Origin: Octopus vulgaris
Taxonomy: Eukaryota
Reading direction: 5' to 3'
DNA length: 62,000 nt
NCBI GenBank assembly: GCA_951406725.2
Contig: OX597815.1
Span: 35,670,001 to 35,732,000 of the forward strand
This document shows positions 36,752 to 49,916 of this stretch, in pieces (position 1 is the first letter of the stretch; each line of letters starts with the position of its first letter). A model generated the notes under the pieces. That model saw only the letters and a list, made by a program, of their open reading frames with translations, did no database searches and was not told the origin of the DNA. A program made the position numbers and the translations under genes.

Positions 36752-37016
36752 ATACGAGCCTGCCTTTATTAATCATTTCAGAGTTAAATACACATAAAGA
36801 ATAGAGACATTCTTTCTGCTGATTATATTATTGGTAAGGCAAAGCAGTTGGTTGAATCGATCCGTGAATCCATATGAACACTTTTGTTGCCATTCAATAC
36901 CGTATTAACCGAGTAACAATACCGTATTAACCGTGTGCGCTGGGCTTTTCATTTTCAGCAGCAGCGCGTTAAATGCTTTTATCACTCTTTTTTTTTAATC
37001 TTTAACTGGTTTCAGT

Positions 37017-37530
37017 CAGTTTCTTTATTAACTATAAGGTTTTTAAAAAAGAGGGGACGATAGGAGGACAGACAAAACAAACATTGGAGTCAGGGTTTCG
37101 AATGAGACGAAACGTATGAATAAACAAACAATTAAAATACATACAATTAAATGAGAATGAGTGATTAACAAAAAATGAAGCGGTGGACGCGGTCGACCCC
37201 ACAAACCATATACTCACACTGAAGACTTTGCTTTCTCCTTTTTATATTCTCGTTTAAACAGGTTCTTTCACTCGTAATATACTTGCTATATACTTCCATC
37301 TTTTACGAAACACACTTCGCGACAGGCATTTTTTTCTCCGGCCTTATTTTCCGTTTTCATGTGGAAAACGAAAAAGTCGATTAGCTCGAGACTGGAGATG
37401 AACATGCCTGTTGCAATTCCTTTCACTCTCGTCTTCCATACTACCTCTTTCGCAACAGCAACTATCGAAAGAAAACAGGCTCGGTCCTCCCTATTCAGGG
37501 AGGTCGGGGCTGCGGCCACGTTGGGGCGTG
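37017..37530 (-). mobile_element. Tx1/L1-like LINE 3' fragment
   Basis: CFLSIVAVAKEVVWKTRVKG..LIDFFVFHMK..; homologous to 26640-27352; 3' end TAATAAAGAAACTGACTG. Confidence 0.65.
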
Positions 37531-37688
37531 GCCTTGAAGACTTTTAGTCGGCTAGATCGATCTCTGTACTTATTTTTTAAAGTATGATACTTATTCTATC
37601 ATTTCTTTCGCCGAACTGTTAAGTTACACGAACGTAACCAAACCAAACACTGGTTATCAAGTGATGTGGAGAAGAAATACAAATACAG

Positions 37689-37801
<113 letters not shown>

Positions 37802-38160
37802 TGTATAAACATGCATATATGGGTACAGGACATCACCAACGGTTCAAATAACATGAAATACGTAAACAACAAGAAAAAAATGGAAAACAGGACAAGTAAA
37901 CACAGGGAAAGGACCCTTCAGTTGTCGGTTTTCTATCTACGCCTCATTTCGAGCATTCAACGACAATATGAGTCTTCAAAGAAATGGCAGTGGAGACATA
38001 CAAGGAAACCGAACGAAAGCAAACATGGGGTGGGGTCGTTAGATCAGAACGAGAGGAAAATAGTGAACGCTGGGAGAAACATTTTGAAAAGAGAAAAGAT
38101 AGAAGAGAGAGAAAAACACGTCCGTTCTTTTAAATGTCCGTGCAGCAAAAGAAAGATGGT

Positions 38161-38216
<56 letters not shown>

Positions 38217-38221
38217 ATGTT

Positions 38222-38265
<44 letters not shown>

Positions 38266-39138
38266 TGTTAGTGTACATAAACGAGATTCCCTTCACTTTT
38301 CGTCAGCCAAATGCACCCACAATGCATTGGTCGGTCTGGGACTATAATAGAAGACATTTGCTCAAGGTGCCGCGCTGAAGAACTGAATCCCAAATCCTGT
38401 GTTTGCAAAGCGAGCTTCTTAACCAAGCAGCCATGCCTGTACTCATATCGTACCTTTAAGATTCGTTGGATATTTAAAGTTGATTCAATACTCAGACGAC
38501 ACTTCAAATTAAACGCTTGCAAGCTACCAATTCCGATTCAATGATTCTGCACTTGTTCTTTTACGATAATATGAATCCAGTGCAGCTTTATAATTAGGGT
38601 GGTGTGTCAAGGAAGTGTATTTAACGTGTGCATCTTATTTAAGCACTATTATGAATTCGTGCAACATAATATTTAAGTCTTGAGTTCTTAGATGTGGTTT
38701 TTGAACGAAATCGAGGTCTGTAGAAGATGAGTTCACCCATTCAAATTCGTCAAAGTTTACCACGTCTAAGTCGCACGGTTAACTTCCTAAATGTTTCAAA
38801 TTCATCAACCACCAGGTAAATATCAAGTTCTGGAGTAAAACAACAAACAGTGTAACGAGTATAATCCTTTTATTCATATCGATTATTCCTTCTCTCAAGT
38901 ACCACCCTTATCACCTTTACAAGCTGATCCTCATATATTCATCCTTAAACCCTTTATAAGAGGTTTTGGCCTTCACAATAGCTTAATGTGGTCCTATTCT
39001 CATTAGTTCCTTATATACAAATATCGCACTTATGAAAGCCGAGCAAACAGTAAATGATTTACAGTGGATAATAGTATTCTTATATTGACACAAATCAATA
39101 AATTTGCAGGAGTAGAATCTAATAGATTTAATCTACTC

Positions 39139-39545
39139 AGAAGATGAAGTTGGTCAAAAAAGCAGACTCGCTATTTTCAATTCGGTTTTCGTGGCTATCC
39201 TCACCTATGATCATGTTTGTTGAGTAATGACCGAAAAAAATACGATCGCGAATACAAACGGTCAAAATGAGATTCCTCCGGGGGAGCTCTAGAGTAACCT
39301 TACTCGACAAGGGGCGTAGCTCGGAGATGGTGAGTCTATCCGGATCAAGCTGCAATTTCTCCTTACTGAGAGGTTGCAGTTCCAGTACTGCGGAGAAGTG
39401 ATTGGAATATCGCAGGAAAGAGTCGCAAGACGGATTCGTCAAGCCAAGACAACCGGCAGAAGACCTATAAGTAAATGAAAAATGATATGGTTGGATAATA
39501 TTCATAACCTCAGTTGGCTGCGATTGGGAATCCTGCCGGAAAGTG
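39139..39545 (+). mobile_element. RTE-clade (Expander-like) LINE 3' fragment
   Basis: KSRLAIFNSVFVAILTYDH..MTEKIRSRIQTVKMRFLR..TGRRP..WLDNIHNLSWLRLGI; stops and frameshifts. Confidence 0.75.
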
Positions 39546-40377
39546 TAATAAAAGTCACTTCTGATAGGATCCTATGGAGGTGTTTGAGGACTCTATCCCC
39601 CACGGCCCTCCTAGAAATAGAGGGCGGAGAAGATGGATGAATGGATGGACGGACGGGCGGACGGATGAATTAATAGTATTTTATAACCATATTATTCATT
39701 AATGCTGCACTTATTGCCACCCAGTAATTGTTTCTATGCGATGCAGTGTTATAATTGTAACAATTTGGTCATGTAATTGTTATATATTACTTACAAATGT
39801 AACGGATACCGTGCTTATTAGTATTGATAATAGATTAGTTAAAACTTCATTAGACAGTGTGATACACACCTAATGAATGAACAGAAGGTAAAAATAAATT
39901 CTTAGAGATTTTATTCATGTCATAATTCATCTTGTTAGAGATAGCGTGCGGAGGCTGTTGTTGCTGTTGTTGATGTTAAGCAATAAGACGGGTGAGGGTG
40001 ATTAGGTGATGGTCTACGGTTTAGGGACGGGAGACCCCAGACCTTGAAAAAAAAAACAAAAAGCTTTGGTCGTCTTGTTGTAGTCGAGGGCTCTTCGTTG
40101 ACGCCCGACATCACTGGAAGGTGGCCCTCGAAATCGCTGGAAATGGAGATCTCCAGGTCCAAATTCTAGGACGGCGCGTGCGGAGGCTGTAGTAGTCGGC
40201 TGTTTTACAGTGATAAGAGAATGATAGTAATGAGTTGCATAACTTTTGGCAATGTTTCTGTCAGATGTAGGAACCAGAAAGAGATAGGCGTTCTAGGAAA
40301 AGATAGACACGCGAGAAAGAGATATACATGTTCATTTGCCGAAGTGTCAGACAATAGAGAGAAGCATGTTCCTCTGG

Positions 40378-40615
40378 CGTGGAGGCGCGTGGCTTAGTGG
40401 TTAGGGTGTCAGCATCATGGTCGTAAGATTGTGGTTTTGATTCCTGGACCAGGCGACGCGTAGTTTTCTTGAGCAAAACACTTCGTTTCACGTTCCTCCA
40501 GTCCACTGGCAAAAATGAGTAACGCTGCGATGGACTGGCGTCCCCCGTCCAGCTGGGGAACACATACGCCATTGAAACCAGGAAACCGGGCCCGTGAACC
40601 TGGTTAGGCTTTATT
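40378..40615 (+). mobile_element. tRNA-derived SINE family D
   Basis: Head GGAGGCGCGTGGCTTAGTGGTTAGGGTG, B-box-like segment, core GCGATGGACTGGCGTCCC..TCCAG. Confidence 0.6.
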
Positions 40616-41552
40616 TATTTTTTTAATGTTCCTCTGGCAAAGTGCCAAGTGAAAGAAGAAATGTTCCTCGGGTAAGATGCCAAGCAAACCAGAGAGAAAA
40701 GATTTTGTTTGGGTTCAGTATTTACACATGTTCGAAAGTTAAAAATAAGTCGGGAAGACAAAGGTGAATGTGTTTATCTGTATTGAACACGATTTAACTT
40801 AAGATGCTCAGGAAAAGAATAGTACTTATCTAAGTTGAACGGATTATGAAAGCTGACTCTCATAAATTTCCAAGTTCGAATGCCGAAAACAATGGAAAGT
40901 AGCTTACAGAAAAATTTAGACTAAGGTTTTGATTGCTGGCTAAGAATCTAGGAAACCAATCGTTTGAAGTCTCTCTGATGTCCAACCTGTTTCTGTATCT
41001 CTTTTATTGTTTAGTTCCAGATTAGTTCCAAACAGGAGACATGTGAGCAAAAGCGTTTCAGCCATGACCACTTCGTCTTTATTCCATACTTTTTTTTTCA
41101 GTAATAGTGTATCTAGAACTCTATTATCTTCATTTTTGTTTTAAGACGTTAGAGTGTTATATGCGAGATATTTAGCTGTTATTTGTAGCAAATCGAGCCA
41201 CTGCATAGATGCCTTCTTTTTAACTGTTATTTCTGTGATTATGTGCTTTTAAGTTCTCTATACTTGATAGGAAATGTAGATCTATATTTGAATCAGAGGA
41301 TTCTCCTTGCAGGACGAAGCTAAAAATAGCTCGGTGATATTTGACCGGCTATTACCGTCTTATCGGAAGTGTCTACATGTATTCAATTAAAAAAAAAAAA
41401 ACACAAGTAATTAACTGCAAATGAAACATACGAGTAATACGAGTAATTTTCATATTTGCTTTTTGGTATGTTCACTGGCTACATATAATGTTAATTTATA
41501 ACTAAGTACTGACACAGCAGGGTGTGGATTAATTGTTTATTAGTCTGTATAT

Positions 41553-41602
<50 letters not shown>

Positions 41603-42529
41603 ATGCGTGTGTGTGTGTGTGTGCTTTGGGTGTGGGTGTTGGGTGCATTCAGCTTCACTGCATAAATAGATCTGTGTCATGAGATTTTATACCACATCCG
41701 TTTGTTTCGTAGTCTTTGAATCGAGTTATCATAAAACATCTCCACAATAATTGTTTTCTTACAAAGATATAATAATGCTTAAGGTTTATATCAGAGGGAG
41801 AATGAGAATATGTGGCGTTCATGCTTGTTTTAAAAGTACTAATGAAAGTAGATCTGAAATGATGACAACAGAGACACGAAAATGCGTCGAGGACACGTTA
41901 AACTAAGGCTACGCAGTCAAGTTAAAGTAAACGTAATTAATAAAACGTGATGGGTTTATCCCTACCAACAGACTGCACATTCTGATCTCTAAAATATGGC
42001 CGGAAAATGTCATCTGAAAACTTGACCCAATAAATCCTGTATTCGCAACTATCTAAAGAAAACGACTTTTCCCAAGCTATAAGATCCCACAAAGTGAAAT
42101 CTAAAAATACGGGATTTAAACTACGAACGTTCATCGCTAACTAAGGAATATCAGAACGATGGAGGTCAAATAGTTATAAAATGTATAGTCGTTAGCGATC
42201 GACAGCGTCGTGTGTGTGATGGACTCTCCCGTCGAAAACAACGAATGAATGCTCAGCTTTTGCCGAAGGATCTACACAAATGATTTCTTTATAGTGATCA
42301 AATGTTCTTGCCGCACATTAGCTCATTCTCTCCATCAAATCGACGTTGTCTGAACAGGTACACTGTGGACCACGTAGGTTTCAGCCCTAATATTAAACAT
42401 ATTAAACTCCTGCCTTCGCTTGTACACTCAGGTTGTCCGAATCCGAAGGTTGACTTTGACGTAATACAAAGGGCACAGCAAAGATAAGAAGAAAGAACAT
42501 GGGCGCAACTTGGTACTCCATTATTTCTC

Positions 42530-42633
42530 TTGTTGCATGTTTCAGTATTCGGCAACACATAACTTCACACTATGGATACAACCAACAGATACAGCTTATA
42601 CGCTCAGCATGGAGCAAACACATCGTCAGACAC
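42530..42633 (-). ncRNA. Decayed long-helix-II hammerhead-like motif
   Basis: GTGT-CTGACGA-TGTGT...ATACT-GAAACATGCA-ACAA; homologous to 9073-9178; U16.1 changed to C. Confidence 0.4.
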
Positions 42634-42699
42634 TTGAAACAATTGGAATAAAGGAATACCAAGTTATGACCTTGGTCTTTTCTCTTTGGTAGTGCTAAT

Positions 42700-42752
42700 A
42701 AGTTCAGGTAGAGCTATTAGGTTAGACATGACCTTGGCCAATCTTCGGCCGA
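42700..42752 (+). mobile_element. 3' terminus of a LINE related to 15584-18900
   Basis: GCTATTAGGTTAGACATGACCTTGGCCAATCTTCGGCCGAAAC vs GCTATTAAGTTAGACATGGCCTGGGCCAATAATGGCCGAAAC. Confidence 0.65.
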
Positions 42753-42809
42753 AACACATATACATATATATACATAGTGAAAATTTACAAAAGACAAAAA
42801 ACGAAGACG

Positions 42810-42867
<58 letters not shown>

Positions 42868-43507
42868 TATACATAGTGAAAAATTACAAAAAACAAAACA
42901 CGAAGACGGGTATATATATATATATATCATTTAACTACGGTAGTAGTTGAATAATATCCTTAAGGCCGCAATTAACTCACACGCAGCATTTTTCAGAGTT
43001 TGTTGCTAATTCTATGCTCAACCAAATTGAAAACTGTTAACATTTTTGAAGACAACTGGTCCCTAGCTACAAGTCTGCCCTCTCCACGATACCGATGTTC
43101 ATCGAAGGAAGACAGCGCCATCTGGAGTCGAGATTGTTTCGCATTTGTGTTGTCACAGACATTACTATCAGAACCCGAAGAGTCGCCACAGGTACTGTAG
43201 GGCATCTTGCCCGATCCTCTTGAATTGCTGCTTTATTATTGACCCCGAAAGGACGAACGGTAAAGTTGACCTCAGTGGGGTTTGAGTGAACTCATAGAGC
43301 AGAAAGGCAGAATGAAAACCACGTGACATATCATCCAACGCGCTAACGACTCAGCTACTAAGCAAACAATTGACAGAGTCGTTAGCTACTTCCGTCTAAA
43401 TTCCCAACACGAAAGTTGTTTAAAATTACCTTGAGAAATTGTTTGCGCGTCACACAATTACAATTCCTGTCTTTATTATCCACGAAGTTGTTGCTGAGAA
43501 ATCAGTC

Positions 43508-43588
<81 letters not shown>

Positions 43589-43740
43589 ATTGTTCTTTAA
43601 GCCGACGTTTATCTAGGTTAAGCAATCCTATGATCGAAGACACTCTCACCATATTTAGGATATCTCGGACATCACCAATTGAACCGCCTTTGTTCAAGGT
43701 GATGGGTACATGTATAAATACATACGTACATACATACATG

Positions 43741-44595
43741 CAAGGTCTGACCAACAAGTATCCGGACTGTTGCTGTAGTAACGACGCTAAAGCACGGAGT
43801 GTGAAACGGCTTGGCATAGATTGACCTTGAACTCTGCTGTACATGAGCATTAAGTTTTAACGCCCTAGCTCACTTCTGCTGTTTGCAGCAATGCTTGGAA
43901 GGAACGTGTGTAACGTGTGATCATCGCATTGACCATGACAGAGAAAGCTGAGCAGAGAATCTGCATCAAATTTTACCAAAAGCTTGGCGATACCGGCTCA
44001 GAGGACTAGGCAAAATTTTCAAAAAGTTTTCATTGTTCTCAACACAATCAAGGAGATCTTGTGCAACTGAAACCCGAGTGTCTTTTTGGGCAGCTGAAAG
44101 CAGTTTTGGCACAAATATCACAGACATGCGTCTCATACCCAAATCTTCAGTGATAATGGACTGGACCGAACCGTAACTAATCTGCATATCTTCTGATAAC
44201 ACACGGATGGTGATTCGACGATTTCCCTTCACAGCTGCATGCACATCTGCGATATTTTTGTCTGTTCTGCTGGTTGCGGGTCTTCCAGAACGTTCATCAA
44301 TATCGACATTTTTTTCGGCCATCTTCAAAACGTCTGAATCACTCGTACATTTGTGTACGGTTCATACACTTCCCTCCATACACTTTCTGCAAGTTTGAGC
44401 AGGCCTCTGAGCAGGTATTGCCATGAAAGCTCTCTCTGTCATAGTCAATGCGACGATCACACGCTACACACCTTCCTTCCAAGTATTGAACATGCACAGC
44501 AGAGTTCAAGGTTAATCTGTGCCAAGTGATTTCAATCTGCGTACTTTAGCTTCGTTACTATGGCAACAGTCTGGATACTTATTGATCAGGTCTCA
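43741..44595. mobile_element. Mariner derivative built from two left ends in inverted orientation
   Basis: 29-bp TIRs at 43741-43769 and 44567-44595 (TA on the right); plus arm starts MTEKAEQRICIKF; minus arm encodes HTH region DERSGRP..RRITIR..FVPKLL. Confidence 0.85.
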
Positions 44596-44623
44596 TACAT
44601 ACATACATACATACGCGCGCACA

Positions 44624-44670
<47 letters not shown>

Positions 44671-44689
44671 TGGCTGTCACTCGATTTCG

Positions 44690-45020
44690 AGCAATGCCAT
44701 CTCTTGATTGTTCTCTAAAACAGGAGTAGCATAGATGTGACTTTTCAGTTTTACTAGAGACTCTTTTGCTGAACGGCTAAGTTACGGGGCTGTAAACAAA
44801 CGAGTACCGGTTGTCAAGTGGTTACTGGGGTAAACACAAATACACACACACATACATGCATATATATATATATATATATGATGGGCTTCTTTCAGTTTCC
44901 GCCTACTAAATCCACTCACAACGCTTTGGTCGGAGCGAGACTACAGTAGAAGAAACTCCTCCTAGGTGTCACGTAGTGGGATTGAACCTGAAACCATGCG
45001 GTTGAGAAGTAAGCTTTTTT
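44690..45020 (-). mobile_element. SINE family B, diverged
   Basis: Partial match to family B. Confidence 0.65.
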
Positions 45021-45604
45021 TTACCGTACACTCACGCCTCTGTATGTGTGCGCGCACGTGTGTGTGTGTGTGTGTGTGCGTGAGTGTGTTTTTTTATCTT
45101 TTCGGCAAGGGAGAAGGTAGAGTCCATGGACTGTAAAAGTGCCACCGACACTGATGTAAGGGACGAAGGGAGAAAGGGATTTTGTATCTTCAAACTGAAG
45201 ATCTAGCGCCTGAATGCTTGCAACAAAGTGGACTCCATTAAGGGAACCTAAGTTGACAGACAATGGTGCTGAAACTCAGCGGCAAATTCAAGTACAAACA
45301 TGAGTATGCATGTATATATATTTATGTATGCAAGCATGGATACATGTATACATGTAGGTATGAATGCGTGTATGTATTCATGTAAGCATTATGTATGCGT
45401 TTATGTATGTATGCACACATGTATGCATGTATGTATGTATGTATGTATGTATGTATGTATGTATGTATGGTATGTATGTATGTATGTATGCACACACATG
45501 TATGCATGTATGTATGTATGTGTTTATGTAGGTATGTATGCATGTATATATGTATGTGTTTATGTAAGTATGTATGCATGTATATATGTATGCACGTATG
45601 AATA

Positions 45605-45640
<36 letters not shown>

Positions 45641-46342
45641 TGTACGTACGTATGTCTGTATGTATGTATGTATGTATGTATGTATGTATGTATGTATGGA
45701 GTATGGAGCTCATTATTTCTTGAATCTGTGTTAGACTCTACAGTATACGATAGACAGACATTGCCTTGACCTTAGTCTGCACAATTTTACTCCACTATTA
45801 CTATAACTGCATAACGAAACAAAAGACCAAGTTCTGCTAAACTAAAATATTATAATTATCACACCATACGTTACACTAGTTTACTTCAATATCCGTATTT
45901 CTCTTTCAAATATTTACATTTTAATTTAGTGCTATGCCTTAAACACAAAGATTACAACTGGCTGTTTTTTTCGTACAATGTAGTAGTTTCTTTATTCTTT
46001 TGTTCTTGCTCCACTCATTACTAATTGTTATGGCACACTTCTTTGAAATTTCTATTGTTTAAGTTACATGGCTTGGCTTTTATCTAGTTACCGTCGTAGA
46101 AGAAATTTGGCTGCGGAGAAAAAATAAATCATTAAACCGTTCCTTAGAGTTATTTTTCCCGGCACAAAAGCGAATAAATACATATGTTAAAAAAAAAAGG
46201 AATAAAAAACTGTTATTTATTTAGTTTGTTGTGACCTTGTATTGTTTTATTTTCCAGTTCAATCCTACATGTTTTCCATGATGTCATTTTACTTTGTGTT
46301 CTAATTTGTTACTTATTTACTTCTATATTTTTGTTCAAAGGA

Positions 46343-47340
46343 AGGCGGCGAGCTGGCAGAAACGATAGCACGCCGGGCGAGGTGCTGAGCGGTGTTTCGT
46401 CTGCCGTTACGTTCTGAGTTCAAATTCCGCTGAGGTCGACTTTGCCTTTCATCCATTCGGGGTCGATAAATTAAGTACCAGTTACGCACTAGGGTCGATG
46501 TAATTGGCCTAATCCGTTTGTCTGTCCTTGTTTGTCCCCTCTATGTTTAGCCCCTTGTAGGCAATAAAGAAATAAGAAACGTTAGCACGCCGGGTAAAAT
46601 GCTTAGCAGTATTTCGTCTGCCGCTACGTTCTGAGTTTAAATTCCGCCGAGGTCGGCTTTGCCTTTCATCCTTTCGGGGTCGATAAATTAAGTATCAGTT
46701 ACGCACTGGGGTCGATGTAATCGACTTAATCCCTTTGTCTCTCCTTGTTTGTCCCTCTGTGTTTAGCCCCTTCTGGGTAGTAAAGAAATAGGTATTTCGT
46801 CTGTCGTAACGTTTTGAGTTCAAATTCTGCCAAGGTCGACTTTGCCTTTCATCCTCTCGGAGTCGATTAAATAAGTACCAGTTACGCACTGGGGTCGATA
46901 TAATCGACTTAATCCCTTTGTCTCTCCTTGTTTGTCCCCTCTGTGTTTAGCCCCTTCTGGGTAGTAAAGAAATAGGTATTTCGTTTGTCGTTACGTTCTG
47001 AGTTCAAATTCCGCCGAGGTCGACTTTGCCTTTCATCCTCTCGGGGTCGATTAAATAAGTACCAGTTACGCACTGGGGTCGGTATAATCGACTTAATCTG
47101 TTTGTCTCTCCTTGTTTGTCCCCTCTGTGTTTAGCCCCTTGTGGGTAGTAAAGAAATAGGTATTTCGTCTGTCGTTACGCTCTGAGTTCAAATTCTGCCG
47201 AGGTCGACTTTGTCTTTCATCCTTTCGGGGTAGATAAATAAAGTACCAGTTTCGCAATTGGGTCGTTGTAATCGACTTAATCCTTTTGTATGTCCTTGTT
47301 TGTCCCCTCTATGTTTAGCCCCTTGTGAATAATAAAGAAA
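46343..47340 (+). mobile_element. Head-to-tail array of five SINE family A units
   Basis: One full copy, one near-full copy, then three about 185-bp units joined at AAAGAAATAG|GTATTTCGT. Confidence 0.9.
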
Positions 47341-47571
47341 TATATATTTTTGTTCAAATTTTAATTTATTTTATTTTTTTCTTGGATTTAATGATTGTAT
47401 ATGACCCTAGGTTAGTTCGGATCGAACGGATTTATGATCAAAAATATTCCAACTGCAAGAGCACCGACACTTTTTTCTCAGATATTGTTTATCCTTGGCT
47501 TACCTTATTTAATGTATCCTTCCTCGCATGGCTTTTAAGATAATAGGCAAGATCGGCGCGGGCAGGATGTT

Positions 47572-47806
47572 ATCTATTTCTTTACTACCCACAAGGGGCT
47601 AAACACAGAGGGGACAAACACATACAGACAAACGGATTAAGTCGATTACATCGACCCCAGTGCGTAACTGGTACTTAATTTATCGACCCCGAAAGGATGA
47701 AAGGCAAAGTCGACCTCGGCGGAATTTGAACTCAGAACGTAGCGGCAGATGAAATACGATTACGCATTTCGCCCGGCGTGCCAACGTTTCCGCCAGCTCG
47801 CCGCCT
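47572..47806 (-). mobile_element. SINE family A, full length
   Basis: Matches other family A copies. Confidence 0.88.
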
Positions 47807-49154
47807 TCCGGGAGGATTTTATCTCCAGCAAGTCGAACGACAACGTTGAGGTTCCTTCGAGGGCTCTGCTTTTTTTTTTGTTGATGTTCTTTTCATTAAT
47901 TTTGTTTTACAGTTATTTTACGACAGACGAGCCTAATATTCTTAGTCATGATCATTCTGTCTAGAGACAAATTCATATATTCTATTAAAATATATTTCAA
48001 TAGAATACATGTCACGAGGACTTTTTTCAGCTATTATTTTTTCCACTATAACTATTCCACTATGTAAAAAGTCCGACTCGGTGCAGTCACCAAAGTGGAA
48101 ACACTAAAACTAATGTTTTTAAAGTTAATAATTGACAAAATAACACATCATAGCTTTTTAATATTGTTTTAAATATGCTATGCCGGGCAAAATGCTTGGC
48201 GACATTTCCTCCGCCTTTACAATCTAAGTTCAAATTCCGCCAAGGTCGACTTTGCCTTTCTTCCTTTCCGGGTCGATAAAATAAGTACTAGTCGAGCACT
48301 GGGTGAATCTAATTGATTTAACTCCTCCTCCGAAATTTCTGGTCCTGCGCAAAAATTTGAAATTAATATTTTAAAATATGCCGTTGTTTTTTTTTTTAAT
48401 AAAATTTTCATTAAATATCTAGTATATTTATACAATGATACAATTTTTCCGCTGTTACGAACAATAGCCGTAGATACACCCCTGAGCACACCCTGAGCAA
48501 GATACACCCCTCACTCCAAAACCTTTCAATATATTGAACTTAGTGTTTGTATCACAAATCATTAGCATACGAAGGAAGTAAAGTGGAAGAATTGTGTTTT
48601 TGTGAATAACAAAAGCTTGCCGAGAGTAATACGTAGACCACACATCCTGTTTGAATGATTTATTATTTTTTATAGTATTTAGCATGCTCAAATAGGAAAT
48701 AAGAGAGATATATAATGGTTTCGAATTTAGACACATGACCGAGAAGTTTAAGAGGAGAAATTAATCAATTCCATCAACTCCATTACATGACCGATACTTT
48801 ATTTTAATGACTTCTTAAAGTTGATAGGCAAGGTTGACCTCGACGAATCTGGACTCAGAACATGAAACTGGTGTGTACCGAAAAGTATATAATGAATGGA
48901 AACACAATAGGTTGTGATACAAGGGTGGAAACACGTGTCAGTATAGGAGAGACGTCTGGAAATTCTCCAAATTTTCTTGGCTATGACACTCCAATGATCC
49001 GGTTAGTGCGCACGCACACACCCGCCCACCCAAACACGCATACACAAAATTTAACATTAAAGATAAAGATGAATTCCGCGTACGTCGCTGCTCAGTGGAG
49101 CCAAATCAATCTATAAGTTATCCCCAAAATAAGAGAAGCCGTTCATTCTTTTTA

Positions 49155-49188
<34 letters not shown>

Positions 49189-49191
<3 letters not shown>

Positions 49192-49553
49192 TAGTATATT
49201 TTTTATATCGTGCTTTCACTTCACTACCGAGCGCAGCTCTGTGTGCCTTAGGTATGTGCTGTGATTTGTTGTGATGCTCTAATGGTTATTGTATGGAAAG
49301 TGTTCTGCGTAGGATGTGTGCAGTGCCTAGTAGTGCAATTTTCTGTATGTTATATGTGTTTGTAAGTCCTGGTGTTTTTGTTATGTATTTGTCTGAATAT
49401 TTTTTTATCATGCCTAATGCACCTACTATGATAGGAATTGTTTCTGTTTTTAGATTCCACATTCTGGTTACTTCTATTTCCAGGTCTTTGTATTTTGAGA
49501 GTTTCTCCATTTCTTTTAGAGACACGTTGTCATCTGCCGGTATTGATACATCA

Positions 49554-49554
<1 letters not shown>
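49189..49554 (-). mobile_element. R4/Dong-type RLE retrotransposon 3' end (family 1)
   Basis: IIDVSIPADDNVSLKEMEKLSKYKDL..IPIIVGALG..IQKIALLGTAHILRRTL; followed by (TAA)n on the sense strand. Confidence 0.88.
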
Positions 49555-49597
<43 letters not shown>

Positions 49598-49610
49598 CAT
49601 TATTATTATT

Positions 49611-49839
49611 TCTTTTTGTCACAGGTTTTGTTGGAACTCCTGCAGTCTTGTATGCGTAGCGGGTTTGCTACTAGCAGCATACAGTACCATGCTATCCGTT
49701 CTTTTCAGCTATCTAATACTTTCTTGATTATTCTGATCGTGCCAAGGAGACAAACCTTTTATATCAGTTCTACAGGACACTCTATTCCAATTTCCTTGAT
49801 ATCCCTCTTGATTCTTTCTGATACTGTTCCCAAGGACCC
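49611..49839 (-). mobile_element. R4/Dong-type 3' end (family 2)
   Basis: GSLGTVSERIKRDIKEIGIECPVELI*KVCLLGTIRIIKKVL; (TAA)n on both sides. Confidence 0.75.

Positions 49840-49915
<76 letters not shown>

Positions 49916-49916
<1 letters not shown>

Noticed and set aside
41937-42134. Tc1-like LDFTLWDL motif on the minus strand
   Set aside because: Similarity too short and degenerate to call
42993-43205. Open frames on both strands with splice-like borders (CAG|AG..CAG|GT)
   Set aside because: No recognisable protein, and no partner exons found
46343-47340. CRISPR-like array
   Set aside because: Units are SINE copies with no unique spacers; eukaryotic context
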